Shown piece after piece: positions 1 through 15,505 of a stretch of 64,000 nucleotides of DNA. The position numbers and the translations under genes are program-made. How positions within the stretch are numbered: the first letter of the stretch is position 1; each line of letters opens with the position of its first letter. The notes below the pieces were generated by a model. It was not told the origin of the DNA. It saw only the letters and a list, made by a program, of their open reading frames with translations, and made no database searches. Source of the DNA: the human T2T-CHM13v2.0 reference genome, Homo sapiens; assembly GCF_009914755.1 (NCBI RefSeq), contig NC_060932.1; one strand, 5' to 3'.

Positions 1-2897
1 TTAAGGAACTGGAACAGGCAGAACAGTAAAACAAACTCTCTCTGTGGTTCGGGGTTGCAAACTGCTATTTGTCATGTAACTGTTGCTGGACAACCACATG
101 TCTCAGCACACGTAGGCACGCCCCCACACTTGTGTGCGTGCACACACACACGCACGGTGGCTGTGCTCTCCTACCACCCAGGGACACTGCAGCGAGCTAT
201 GATATCACCTAGCAGCACTTCCAGAACACAAGTCATAAGTCAAAGTGATTCACTGCACAACTCGTGGGGTTTATTTTAACTTAAGAAGGGTGAAGTTTGG
301 AGTAAGACTCCTATTTGCAAAAGCGTGGGTGCTTGCTACTTCTCTAATGAATAATTTATAGGTCAACTGAGGGATATAAACCCTCCTGCCAAGAGCTTCA
401 GTTCTCTGCTAAACTCAGCTCTCTGTATATTTTATTATCTCCACCGGGTATCACTGCAGGAACAACAGTTTAAGTTTTTAGGTGTTTGGTTAATATTTAA
501 CCATATCATTCTTTATCTTTTATCAGAAAAGTGCCAATTTTTCCTTTAAATCTATAACATTTTTACTTAAGTTTTTCAGTGTGATGTTCTAAACTTGCAG
601 GGCATAGTGGTACACGCCTATAGTTCCACTACTCAGGAGGCTGAGGCAGGAGGATCGTCTGAGCTCTAAATAAATAAATAATCAAAGGCCAAAATGTTTG
701 CAGTGAATGTTTGCATCTCTTATTTCACAATGGAACTCCATGGAGAACAAGATTCCCAAAGAATTCATTTTCAGCAATTCTTAGCCAACATCTCTGCTGA
801 CAAATGCCATGAGTACTTGCAAGCATATTTGTAAGTATATGCAAATATGTTTATGGTCCTCCTGGTTTGCAGGTCACCATTTGAACCTTGGCAGAAGCAA
901 ACTGTCCCATCCCATACCCAACTGCTACCTGGTGGCTGGTTCTCAAGCCTTTTTTTTCCTGGTATGTCTTCCCCAAAGAAAGTTTAAAAAAAAAAAAAAA
1001 AAGACACTTCGCTAAGCATACATGGACCTTTTCTTTGAAGAAATAGGAGAAAACTCCTCCTGGCTTTCAATAGAAAGCCAGGGCCTTAGCAAGAGCATCA
1101 AAAGCCGTGACTTAAAACTTCTAGCTCTCTGGAATTACCAGGTCCTGTTACCCTATTTTTAAGAGGGGTGTGGTGTGTACTTAGGATTTTCACAGTACAA
1201 GCTTCAGACACATGGCACTGAGCATATTGGTGATTGATTCAAGTTCTCAATCAGCTGGTCAGAGTGTGACAATGTGGATTCTCAGGGCATTCTAATTATT
1301 GTCTTTTTCTGAAGGTTTTAAAAAACTGGACTACACTGCATCAGTGTAGAATAGTTTAGACTACCAGTAAAATTAAAATGATAGAATATCAAGACTGATA
1401 GGGACCAGAATAATTGTCCAACTCCCATTCAGGGCTGGTATTTTCTTGATGGCATACCCTATAACTGAGCATCCAGCCTTCCTATTACTCTAAGTAATAG
1501 ATGTAATACAGTAATGGAAAGGAGGAAGAAGGGACTCCCAACTAACACTACTATTTTCATATTCCAGCAGATGGGCCATAAAAATAGGTCATCTGATCTG
1601 CTTACAGCAAATTCTCTCCAGCAAATAATAAACGATCCTGATCAACAAATATTCCTGCTGGTCTGACTGCACAACAGTCATTCAATCAAGTAAAAGAGAC
1701 TGTTTCTGTTTGCGCTGCTGGCAGGAAAGCGTTTCCACAGCTCTACCCAGGAAAAAATACACTTCCCCTTCCTTCACACCTACCTCCCCATTTGCTCTCA
1801 GAAACGCAGTGCCTTTGTTCACGACTCTCTGGAGTTCACACTACCCTATTACACAAGACAGCTCTTAGGACACTCCTTGGCACATAGTGAGGGCTCAGGA
1901 ATCCACAACCCTCTCTACTGGCACCGATGGGACTGCAGCCTCCTTAGACTGATCTTAAACAGCTGATCTTCCAGCGGTAAGAAGAGGCCCAGATTCAAGA
2001 AAAACGTGTTATAAGAAAGAATACCTGCTGCTGGCCCTAAAATGAAGGCAAAAGTATCAAGAGCATTCGAACTTGCTTCCAAGACAGGGTTTCCTTAAAA
2101 ACAGGTAGACAGAAGGAAGCAGGTATAAGCAGGACTATGCTGACAGATGTCTGGGTGAGGGGACGCAGTTGTCCTGCAGTGTTTTTGTAAATGCATGGGG
2201 CGCTGGGGCGTGCATGTATGTGGTGGGGCAGGGGCAGCGTGCAGTGTGGTTAAACCTGATTTAAACTGTTCTCAAACCACATGACAGTTCCAGAAGGAGG
2301 TGGGGAGATGGATGATTGCTGACTTGGCATTTTACCCAGAGCCAGGACTGGAGGGAGGGAACCAGGAGCCGAGTATCCCTGGGGAGAACAAGCCTCACAG
2401 AACTAGCAATTCTAGCAGTCTTCAGGGTAAACTTCTAAGAGACCTGCACAGGACCTCAAAGCACCCACAAATGCTTGAATGGCACTCAGGTTTATACTCT
2501 CTTGAATGCACACGCTGGGGGCTTCTCTTCTTTCCCAACTTCCCAGCAACTCAATAAAATATGAAGGAACAACATTATCCCCATTTTAGAGCTGAGAACA
2601 CAGGTTCAAAAAGGTCACCTATTTGTCCAAAATCCCAAAGCTAGCAAGCAGTGGCATTGTCAGTTTCCCGCGCTGTCCTGGTCCAGTTCTCTCTTCCCCA
2701 CAAGTGGAGACCCAGCAGCAAGGCGCGGCTCAGGCCTGGGGAGGGTGAGTTGGGGGGATCCAGAGGAAGAGAGTGAGTTTCATGGAGAAGGGATTTACTG
2801 GAAGCACTTGCAGTAACAACAAGCAAAAGCTGCCAATTAAAAAAAAAAAAAAAAGCTGCCATTCCAAAAATATAAAACACAGACGTGAGAGTTTTAA

Positions 2898-3510
<613 letters not shown>

Positions 3511-5139
3511 CGACAGGCAGGGGAGCCTGGCAGGAGGATGAGAGCTACCTGGTGACTCACCTGGCTGGAATTAACATGTCATAAAAAGGCAACTGCCCTC
3601 TCCTTGCGGTGGGTAATCAAGGCACCCATTTAGAGGCTTGCTGGTCAAAATGAACCAACTCCAGTGTTCCATGCTTGGAGCTCAACACTAAGTCAGACTG
3701 CTCTGGCCCTGGAGCCAAAGCCAGTGACCGACCCCTGCCCATTACCCATGTGACTAGGTGCCTGCCCCGCTCACTTTCGGTACCGGGTCTCTTTCCTGCT
3801 CTGTTCCCCCAAGCCTGAATCTCAGCCTTGGGGCCCTGCCCTCAAGCCTCCCCCAGGTGGGGCCTGGCCAGCCTCTGGGAGCTAATCCCGCCCACACGGG
3901 TGGGGGCAGACCCACCTGGGGAGGGACTCACCAGAACCCCCGGGAAAGGGCCCCAGAGCAGAAAAAGCCCAGCGTCTTTAAACGTATCAGCCCTGCTGCT
4001 ATGCAACATGTGGGTCCAGCTCTTGACCATGCACCAAACCAAATATTAAGAAGCCTAAGAGTCAGACCCTGCCCTTAATGAATTTGGGGCCTAAATGAGC
4101 TACCACCTGGTCCACACAGCCAGCACTTGTGTATAAAAGCACTTAATACGCTCTGAAGCTACATTTATGTACTGTGTTGTATAATGAGATGAATGAATGA
4201 ACATTTGCATCTCTCAGGAAAATGAAAAAAACATTCAGCAATCTGACACTGAAGCCTGATTTTTAAAAAGGGGGTTTTTAGAATGGAGCCCATGAGTTAG
4301 ATGAATATCCATGTGAACATTTTCCATTTTTGACATCAGTTAGATAAGTCAAAATAAAATATGTTATGAATCTAAAAAAAAAATCCACTGAGTGACTGGA
4401 GGTTGAAGGAGACACAGGTTTCACCCCAAAAACAGAAAGTCAGCCTTAGTGACGAGAAGACAGGCACCATCGGGGAAGATTTAAATACATAGTGGAAAAT
4501 AAACGGAGTGGAGGAGGGGCTCGCCCAGGGCTCAAACCACTAAGGAAGTGCCTTAAACGTATTTTTCTCTGGAGGAAGCCATTTAAGGAATCTTTATGCC
4601 CCAATAACTGTGGGCATGAGAATGAGTTTCGAGACGAAAGAGAGATGGAGAAACAGGCTGAATGAGAGTTCACCCCAGTCCCAGCTTAGGATGTTGGGGT
4701 GCCACTCTCTGAAGCTTTTCTTGAAATGGATGGGGTGGCGGCATTAATCAGAAGCTGCTCACTGGTGAGGACGTTCTGAGCCCAAGTGACAAAATAAATG
4801 TGCATCAATCGCAGACAGCAGCTGGCACATACTCTCCGAGTTTTCAGAGAAGGAAGGGATAAAATCAGCACCGGGTGCTGGTGAGTTCTGCCTGCCCCAG
4901 GAACACAACTGAGGGGGCTGACACACACACCCCCGCCACCTCAGGCCAGCAGGTAGACTGGACTTAGTTCAAGGCCAGCAGAAGAGGAGAATCTTTTGAA
5001 GAAAAGGCAGTAGGATGTTCCCAAGAAATAAAATCACATCTAAGTGACAAGAGAATAACAGGAACCCTTATATGTAATCCGTGGCCTTTCAAAGACTGAT
5101 GTGCATTCAGGAATGTTCTAACAGCTATCATTTATCAAA

Positions 5140-5350
5140 GACTTAAGTGCCAGTCAACTTGCTGAGCATTTCGCAGACTGTGTCTCATTTAATCCCCCAC
5201 AAATAACCCATGAGATTATAAATACCATCATCATTCCCATTTTACAGATGAGCAAACTGAATCTCAGGGTGAGTAATTTTCCCAAGGCCACGAAGCTAGA
5301 AAATGACAGAACTCAGAATGTGAGCCCAAATGTGTCTGATTTCAAAAGCT
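5140..5350 (-). mobile_element. MIR
   Basis: Core CCCATTTTACAGATGAGCAAACTGA. Other MIR pieces lie near 2570-2660, 6270-6360, 40800-40990, 55960-56130 and 63120-63300. Confidence 0.8.
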
Positions 5351-5926
5351 ATGTTTGTTTGTTTTGAGACAGGGTCTCCCTCTGCCACCCAGGCTGGAGT
5401 GCAGTCGCACGATCACAGCTCACTGCGGCCTTGACCTCCCAGGTTCAAGCTATCCTGCCACCTCAACCTCCCAAATAGCTGCGACTACAGGTGCGTGCCA
5501 CCACATCTGACTCATTTTTGTATTTTTTGTAGAGACAGGATTTCACCATGTTGCCAAGGCTTTTCTCGAATTCCTGGGCTCAATCGATCCTCCTGCCTCG
5601 GCCTTCTAAAGTGCTAGGATTACAGGTGTGAGCCACCAGACCCAGACAAGCTATGCTCTTTCTACTATGTTGTACAGCCAGGAAATGTATGCATCAAGTG
5701 ACAGACCAAACTAGATGACCACATAAGCTTCCTTGTTTTTAAAAACTTGAGTCACCAAGAGGCTAATGTGGTATTAGTGGTTGTGGCATGGAACGGGAAA
5801 TGTGCATTATGACAGCAAAGAATCAAGCATGGGATCCCCCAGGAGCAGGGCGACAATTCTTCTTATTTCACCCTTTACAAATATCCCAAAGAGAATGCAC
5901 AAACAGTCAGGGCTGCCTTAAGCTCA

Positions 5927-6272
<346 letters not shown>

Positions 6273-8109
6273 TCACCACTCTGTGCCTCAGTTTCCTCAC
6301 GTGCAAAATGAGAAAAAGTATTGATCCTATCCCAGAGGATAATTTGGGGCTTTAATGAGGCAATGAATTTTTTTTTCCAGAAGTGCCTTGATTTTGTTAA
6401 GAGTTCCCAAGCTCCCCTTCCTAGAGATTCTGATCCCCCAGGTCTGAGAGAGGAAACAGTGAGAAAATGCATGTTGGATACTGAGCACTGTGCCTAGCAA
6501 AAGTGCGCGATAAATGCTGACCTGAAAAAAAGTAGACACCAAATCCCGGGCAGTGAAGAGCCAAACCTATCGGAAAATTATCAGAAAGAGTTTGTGCAAA
6601 TGCGGGGGAAATACAGTAAATTTTAACATCAACAAGGGCAGTGTAATAGATGGTAAGAAAAAAATGAAAACCATGCAAGAGCTCTATGGAAACAGTCACA
6701 TCCCAGCACTTCGGGAGGCCGAGGCAGAGGATGGCTTGAGCTCAGGAGTTCAAGACCAGCCTGGGCAACACAGGCAGACCCCATCTCTACAAAAAATACA
6801 AACATCAGCCAGGCGTGGTAGCATGTGCCTGCAGTCCCAGCTACTCAGGAGGCTGAGGTGGGAGGATCACTTGAGCCTGGGAGGTTGAGGCTGCAGTGAG
6901 TTGTAATTGTCCCATGCATTCCAGCCTGAACAACAGAGTGAGACCCTGTCTCAGGGCCGGCGGGGATAAAAAAAGATGACTTATGAGGCCAGAGGACCAT
7001 TAACCTAAATGTGCTGTGTGACAGGGAGGGCAAGCTAAGAAGGCAGCGCTCTTCAGGACAAAGGATCAAGGCCAGGAGGGCCCCAAGAGAATCCGCCAAG
7101 TTGGAGAGAGGAGTAGAATGCCAACTTGGTCACCAAATATTGAAATGACAGAAAAGGGAGGCCCCACTAACATCAGCTGGAGACCAAAGAGGGGATGCTG
7201 GAATACCCCAGTGAAGGCAAATGAAGTGCACACTGCATTTGGACAGTGAATGAATGCACGAGTGGGGTTGCCCTAGGCTCCAACTAGCACTGCTTCATTA
7301 CAGACTGCATGGAGATTTGAGGTTGAATGCACGTAAAATCGTGAAGGCTGCAAAGGGGCCTCTGCCTCTCCCCACCCAGGTGGCCAGGGACACCGGCCCA
7401 CAACCGGCCACAAAGCTGTCTTCGGGAAGGGCACAGCCACTCCCTCCCTTGCCACACTGGCTCCTAAATGCATGGGTTTGATCTGATAGGATTAATTCTC
7501 ATGTTTTCCACAAGTTCTATAGAGAGATAGAGATGAAGGCCAGAATCGTAAACAGTGGCACATGCCATTCTTCTGTAATTAACATAAACTGCTAATAACA
7601 GCCACGTGGCCGCATTCTAGATGCCTTTAAAGAACATCATGCTTCCAAACGCCTCACGCTTTGCTTGAGTGTTTAAGCCACACTGGATTACAAAGGCAGC
7701 CTGGAGAAGAACCGCAGGTGCGGTGACGGTCTCCAGGCCAAGTGAACTGAGTTTAGAATTTCCCATCCAGAGTCCACAACGGGCTGCCCGTTCGGCCTGT
7801 GATTCTTTTCCACACAACCACTATCAACATACGGGTCAAAGTCCTCAGGGGTTGGGGGGCGGGAACCAGGCAGAATTAACTAGGAGGCCCAGAAGAGCCC
7901 TTCCCAATACCAACCCTTCCCACAAACCAGCAATGGTATGTGCGACCTGTGAGGCCGGTGAGCATCCACCTAGCACACTCTAAATCCTGCCCCCTTGTCT
8001 TCAAATAACTGCTTAATGTCTGAGCACAGGGCAGGCATCCCCCGTCCCACAGTAACTCTAAGTGAGGAACTGACCCCATAATGCATCTTTGTTACAATGT
8101 ACAACTCAA

Positions 8110-8645
8110 GAACCCTACGGCCCAGCAGTTCCACTTTCTCAGTACCTACCCCAGAGAAAACTCACAGGTGCTATAGAGGTCTGTGCAGCAATGTTTTTTG
8201 GTATCAGCGTTTTTAACAGTAAAGGATCTGGAAATGACTGAAGTGCCCATGAATTAGGGAAAGGTGAAGTACTTGTGTAGCCTTCTAATTCAAAGGGAGA
8301 CCGGGCAGAGGTTAAACAAAATCAAGGAGACCTTTGCATAGGAGCCGGGAACTATCACCAAGCACCCTGTTGAGGGAGGGAGAGGCAATTCAGTAAAGAG
8401 ACCTTACGTAATCCACAGCCAATGCACTTAACTTTTTGTAAGTCCTATAGGTATAGATGTGAGTATGTGAGGCATCTGAAGAACAGCAAGTCCATGAAAG
8501 TGCTGGACCTCTGGGGAAGGGACTGGGATTAGGAACAGTCATCAAGGAAAACTTTCTGATTGCTGCAGAAGTTTTGCATTTTTCCCCTCCAGAGAATGTG
8601 TTCGTGTACTAACTTGCGCAATGAAATTTTCATTTAAATTTTTTT
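8110..8645 (+). mobile_element. Old L1M (ME-like) 3' fragment
   Basis: CCCAGCAGTTCCACT..TACCCCAGAGAAA..GCAATGTT..CTGGAAA..AAGTGCCCAT motifs. Confidence 0.6.
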
Positions 8646-9589
8646 TTAAAAAAGAAAAGAAACAGTCCCTGTTCAATGCATTTCAATAATATGTTTGGGG
8701 GCAATTTCACCCTGAATCTGGGCCATGCTTCCCAGGGGCTGTGAGCTCAGCAGTGCACATCTGCGTTTCCAGTCAGCAGTGGGCTTTGCAGCACAGATCT
8801 TGTTTCAATATTACAAGCCCAACTCCGCAACTCTGTGGATTGTTAAATTTATATGCTAGTTCAAGGAAAAGGCAGGGAAAAAAGAGAAAGTATGTCAATG
8901 GGACTTCTGATCATCCAAAGGGATGTCCTAGGAGTAATTCCAGTTCTTCCAACCCAGCACTGCAGCACTCCAACACAACACACACGTTCCCTAATAAGCC
9001 AGCCCTTGCCCAATCACACTTCCTCCATACCAGGCCTAGCTGTCTGTGGTTTTGACTCTTTCAGATGGGAATCAGGATTCCTAATATAAATCCAAATCCC
9101 CTGAGCTAATGAGAAAAAAGAATCTGAACATCCCATTGCACAAACTCTAAAACATTATTATTCACTCACTGGGGACTCCTAACCACATAGGTTACTGCTT
9201 TTTAAACAGACACGCACCCCCCGCCTCCTCCTCAAAGCACTACCTATAGAGTCCTTAGAAATACAAAATTGGCTGTGCACAGGTAGCTCATGCCTGTAAT
9301 CCCAGCACTTTGGGAGGCCAAGGTGGGAGAATCACTTAAGGCCAGGAGTTTGAGATCAGACTGAGCAACACAGTGAGACCCTGTCTCTAAAAAAAATTTA
9401 AAAATTAGCCGGGTGTGGTGGCACCTACCTGTGGTCCCAACTGCTTGGGAGGCTGAGGTAGGAGAATGGCTTGAGCCTGGGGAAGTCAAGGCTGCAGTGA
9501 GCTGTGATTGTGCCACTGCACTCCAGCCTAGGAAACAGTGCAAGACTGTCTAAAAAAAAAAAAAAGAGAGAGAGAGAGACAAAATTATA

Positions 9590-9800
9590 ATATTTAGAAC
9601 CTACTGAGCAAAACTAACTTATGGCAATAGAAATCAGATTTGTGGTACTTCTGGTTGGGGGTGGGGCTTATCTGGAAGTGGTCACGAGGAACTCATCTGG
9701 GGTGATGGAAATGTTCTGTCTCCATACGTATGTGTCGAAACTGATTAAACAGCACACTTAAGATCTGTGCTGTATGTAAATTACACCTCAATTTAAAAAA
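9590..9800 (+). mobile_element. L1M 3' end fragment
   Basis: GGGGTGATGGAAATGTTCTG..CACTTAAGAT..TGTAAATTACACCTCAAT-A tail. Confidence 0.7.
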
Positions 9801-11895
9801 GAACTCCTCACACACAGTTTCTCTCCCGGCTGCAGCAGAACTCTGAGCTGTCCTATCAGACGTTGGAAATCTCTGTTGTGCTATGCAAGGAGCATGAGTA
9901 CCATGGCGACAGTCACCATAAAAATAGATAACAAGATTAAAATGGACACAGGACACATGAATTTAAGAACAGCACACCAAGAGCAATTCATTTTCAGCAG
10001 AAGAAAAATAGAAAGAGGAGAGGGAGTTTTCAATTCCTCCGGCACTTTGACAAGCAGCCACTGACTGAATGCGGGTGTTTTTACTAAGAGAGTTGTATAT
10101 GGCTTCCTGATACTCAAAGGACAAAAAGGCTGACAACTGGTTTTTTGTGTTTTGTTTTTCTTTTTATTTTCTTTTTGTTGCCCAGGCTGGAGTGAAGTGG
10201 CACCAGCACAGCTCACTGCAGCCTTAACCTCCCCGGGTTCAGGTGATCCTCCTTCCTCAGCCTCCCAAGTAGCTGCAACTGCAGGTGCATGCCACCACGC
10301 CCAGCTCATTTTTGTATTTTTTATAGAGATGGGGTTTCACCATGTTGCCCGGGCTGGTCTCGAACTGCTGGGCTCAATCAATCCTCCCACCTCAGCCTCT
10401 CAAAGCAGCTGGGACCACAGGTAGTCTCAAAGTGCTTGGATTACAGGCGTGAGCCACCATGCCCAGCTGGGAACTATTACTTCTTATCATATTTTGCTTT
10501 TTTTAAAAAAAGGCCGGGCTCACGCCTGTTAATCCCAGCACTTTGGGAGGCTGAGGTGGGAGGATCACCTGAGGTCAGTTCAAGACCAGCCTGGCCATCA
10601 TGGTGAAACCCCATCTCCACTAAAAAAAATTCAAAAATTAGCTGGGCATGGTGGCGGGAGCCTATAATCCCAGCTACTCCGGAGGCTGAGGCAGGGAGAA
10701 ATGCTTGAACCCATGAGGCAGAGGTTGCAGTAAGCTGAGATCGCACCACTGTACTCCAGCCTGGGCAACAGAGCAAGACTCTGTCTCAAAACAAAAAAAA
10801 AAGGCATGTTAGCCCAACTTTCCCCCAAACCCACTATATGTAGCCCAGGGAACCAAATCACAGCAATTCAACAAGCACAGTTGATGTGACAGACACCATG
10901 TGAGGCATAAATGATACAGAGACAAAGGAGACTCAGGCCTGTCATCAAATGTACAAAAATTTTCAACTCTAGTTCTAAATAACTAGGTCCTGCCTATGCT
11001 TTTCACATACATCTAAAACTGCCATTTGTTAAGTCAGCGCACCCCAAAATTGCTTCATCCCATATAAAAAGAGCACTTTCTTGCCAAATACTGATTTCTC
11101 AAATGCCAAAATGCAAGCATATATCATGTGGAGACAAAAATCATCTTACAATATTCTCCAAAGATGAGATAAACCTCTATTCTCTTTGCAGAGCTAAGAA
11201 ACTTTTGCTAAGTGATTTAGTCCAAGCAGTGACCTGCACAACAACAAAAACAACAACAAAAGTAATCCAAAAATATCAGGAAGAGGAATCTAAAAGTTTT
11301 AAATAATCAGGGCGGATTCTAAATAAAGCATATATTTCAGTGAAAGTTAAGCAGAATTAAACTAAAAAAAATTTCATATGTAAGCTATAAGTAATACATA
11401 TGCAAAAATTTAAAAAAAATTTAAGCCAGAAGCAGTGGCTCATGCCTATAATCCCAGCACTTTAGGAAGCTAAGGTGGGAGGATGCCTCGAGCCCAGTGG
11501 GTCGAGGCTGCAGTAAACCATGATTGCGCCACTGCATTCCAGCCTGGCAACAGAGTAAGATCCTGTCTCAAAAAAATTTTTTTTAATTCAAATTACAAAT
11601 TTATTGTCTGATATAAACTAAACATATGTTTTCCTGGAAAATCCCACTTTAAAATGTCTTTAAATTGATCTGCCCTGTATTCTCTTTATCGCTAAACTGA
11701 AGAGCAATCAGATGGCTCCATCTCATCACTGGTGTCAGGATGCTGTTGAGCAAGGTGCTCCTGGGGATATAAATCCACAGTGCGGGACAGGAAGTGGGAG
11801 GAGACATTCAAGGTCACTCCACATTCTCCACGGCCAAGCAGAGGACCCAGCACCCACTAACAGCCCCCTCTTGATTTAGTCATCATCCCGAATAG

Positions 11896-12207
<312 letters not shown>

Positions 12208-12889
12208 TGACACCACACCCAGCATGATCCTACTACTTGTCTACATGTCAATCTGTGTTGTTCATTATTACTGGCCATTTCCCGGCCCCCCACCACCACC
12301 AACCTTCTTGCTTTTCCTAAGGACCAAATTTAATTTTCAGCAGCCCTGGGTTCACAAACTGAGTTCTGACCCAACTTAAAATAGTTCTCATCCTTGGTTT
12401 CCTTTTTTTGAGTCGAGGTCTCACTCTGTCACCCAGGCTGGAATGCAGTGTGCCACAATCACGGCTCACTGCTCCTGGCTCACTGCAGCCTCAAACTCTA
12501 GGCCCAAGTGAGCCTCCGACATCAGCCTCCTAAGAGCTGGGACCATGGGCAGGTGTACCATCATGCTTGGTTAATTTTTCTATTTTTTGCATAGACAAGT
12601 TCTCTCTCTGTTGCCCAAGCCAGTCTTGAATTCCTGGGCTCAAGCAATCCACCCACCTCAGTCTCTCAAAGTGCTGAGATTACAGGCGTGAGTCAATGCA
12701 CCTCGCCTGTTTTTTGTTTTGTTTTGTTCATCCTTTCTAAAATGATCCCAGAAGGGTCTCTCAAAAATGCTGGGACCTATTTATAAACATTTTTAAAGAA
12801 CACACTTGATGATATTGACTCAAATACTTGCCACTGAAGGTAAAGCCCCTATTCTATGTGTCTTTCGGCTTTGACAAGTCATATATTAA

Positions 12890-14950
12890 ATAACTGACCC
12901 TCTAAATTGGAAGAGACTTTGGAGGTCGGCCTAATTCCTGTCCTTCTCTTCTACCGCATCCCTAATCAACAGCATTCAGCCCTACTTGAATACCGCCAAC
13001 AGCCGTAAGCTCACTACTTCCTGGGCAGACATTTCTTCTGTTGGACAGATCTGCCAGCTAGAAAATCCTTTTTCATATTGAACTGAAATCTGCTGTCCCA
13101 GTCTTTCGGGTCAAAGGGGACCTCAAAGTCTATCAACTTCAGCATGATCGCTGATCATTCTACAGACAAGGAATCATGTAATCATGCCATAAATTAGGAA
13201 TCTGCAGCTACAGAGAATAAAGTGACTGTTTCATCTATTGGTTGTATTCGAACACCAGGAGTAAAAATGAACGTCTCCTCCTTCCTATGTCTGATAACCA
13301 GGAAAATATTTGAAGGTGCTACTGTGTACCCAATGCATGAATACAGTTTAGTTATTCCCTATCCTACAGCATCCTACTCTCCTTTCCAGGATCAAGTCTT
13401 CTTGCTCATGTCCCTATTAACTCTTGGCTCTCCAGGGTCCAAATGTCACCTGACCAGCCAAGGTCATTAAGACTAGATCTTATGATTAGATCACTGAATT
13501 TCTGATCCTGTTATAAACTGCATTCAATTTTTTAAAAGCCATATCTTAGAGCTAAGCTCAGTGGCCCATGTGCGTAGACCCAGCCACTTGGGAGGCTGAG
13601 GCAGAAGGATCGCTTCAGCCCAGGAGTTCGAATCCAGCCAGGACAACATGGCAAGACTCATGACTCTCTGAAAAAAATAAAAATAGAAACAAATAAAAAT
13701 AAAAGCCTCATCCACTGAAGGCTCACACTGAACTGATGAACAACAGAAAAATCCCAACGCTTTTTTTCTCCATGCCCTGCCCCTCCTCAGTGGACCTGTG
13801 CCAACCTGGGGTCAAAGACTCTGTCTTCCACTGTGACTCTAGTTTCTGACCTTGAGGTTGACACAGCGAGCAGGCACTCAAGATTAATCACTGAATGAAT
13901 CATCTACTTTACCCTTTCTTGTCCTTGAACCATAAAAAGTTTTAAAAATTGCAGATGTCCCCACTGTGGAATACATACACAACTAGAAAAGACAAATAAT
14001 ACAAACGTTAAAAAAAAAAAAAAAAGCTGCATGCCTCAACCCAACCAGAAGCAACTGGTATTTGTATTTTGATATACTATTTTGGTGTATTTCCTTCCAA
14101 TTATTTTCTAAACACATTGCTTTTTTAACATTTGAAGTCACACTGTAGATGTCCCTTAACTTTTGGCAAAAACATTTTTCCCTGTTATTTTAAAGCTATT
14201 CCTAAACATTATTTTTCATGACTTCATAACATTCTATTTTAAAGATATCAGAATTCACTTATTTATTACCTCTAGCCCACACCATTGGATATTTAGGTTA
14301 TTCCCAAGTTTTTACTAGAGTTTAAAAAAAAAAATCTCTGAATAATCTCTGTGCATAAATCATCATCTACATTGTGGATATGGTCTCAGCTACATCCCCA
14401 GAAGTGGTATTATCTTATCAGGATACTGAAAATCTCAAAACGCTACAATTCAAATTTTTAAACCTAAATCAGACTTTAAATTCATCCCTTACTGAATTTT
14501 TTTCTGTTTTCTTTTTAATTTGCACTCCTAATTCTAGACGACTGAACCTTGATTTGTCTGCAAAACCAGCAATTCCTCTCACTTCTGCGCCACTAACAAA
14601 TCTGATGAGCGCGCCTTCTCTGTCTTCACCGCCAACACTGGGAAAATGTTGAACAGATCAAGGCCAAGAATAGAACCCTACTGTACTCATTTTCAGATCT
14701 CCTTCCAGGCTGCCTCAGTGCCAATAATTAACAGTTTCACATAGGATTGTTAAATTAATAACACCATCCAGCCCACGTCTTACCACTTATGATTTAATAA
14801 GGACCATCATACCTCAAAAAACTGTTAAATACTTTACTGAAGCCAAAATGTACCATAGTTGCTGCACTATTCTCTGGCCTAGTAAACAAACCACCATATA
14901 AGACAGGAAATAGATTTAATTTGATACGATTCAGCTGGCTTCTGGTTATC
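12890..14950 (-). mobile_element. CR1/L3 LINE fossil (RT domain remnants plus 3' end), interrupted by Alu and L1 pieces
   Basis: Minus-strand translations FGFSKVFN (~LDFSKAFD), GSILGLDLFNIF (~QGSILGPVLFNIF) and LIRFV (~LIKFADD) occur in the correct order at 14.58-14.86 kb. An L3/MIR3-type 3' end lies at 12.9-13.1 kb. Confidence 0.7.
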
Positions 14951-15178
14951 CTTGCATCCGATAGCCACACATTGTTAAAATGCACTTCAGTTTCATTTTG
15001 TTAATGTTTCAAAAGCAGTATACTTTTTCTTTGAGACAGGGTCTCACTGTTGCCCAGGCTGGAGTGCAATGACGTGATCTCAGCTCACTGCAGCCTCCAC
15101 CTTCTGCAGGGCTCAAGCAAGCCTCCCGCCTCAGCCTCCTGAGTAGCTGGGAGTACAGGCATGCACCACCACACCCTG

Positions 15179-15505
<327 letters not shown>

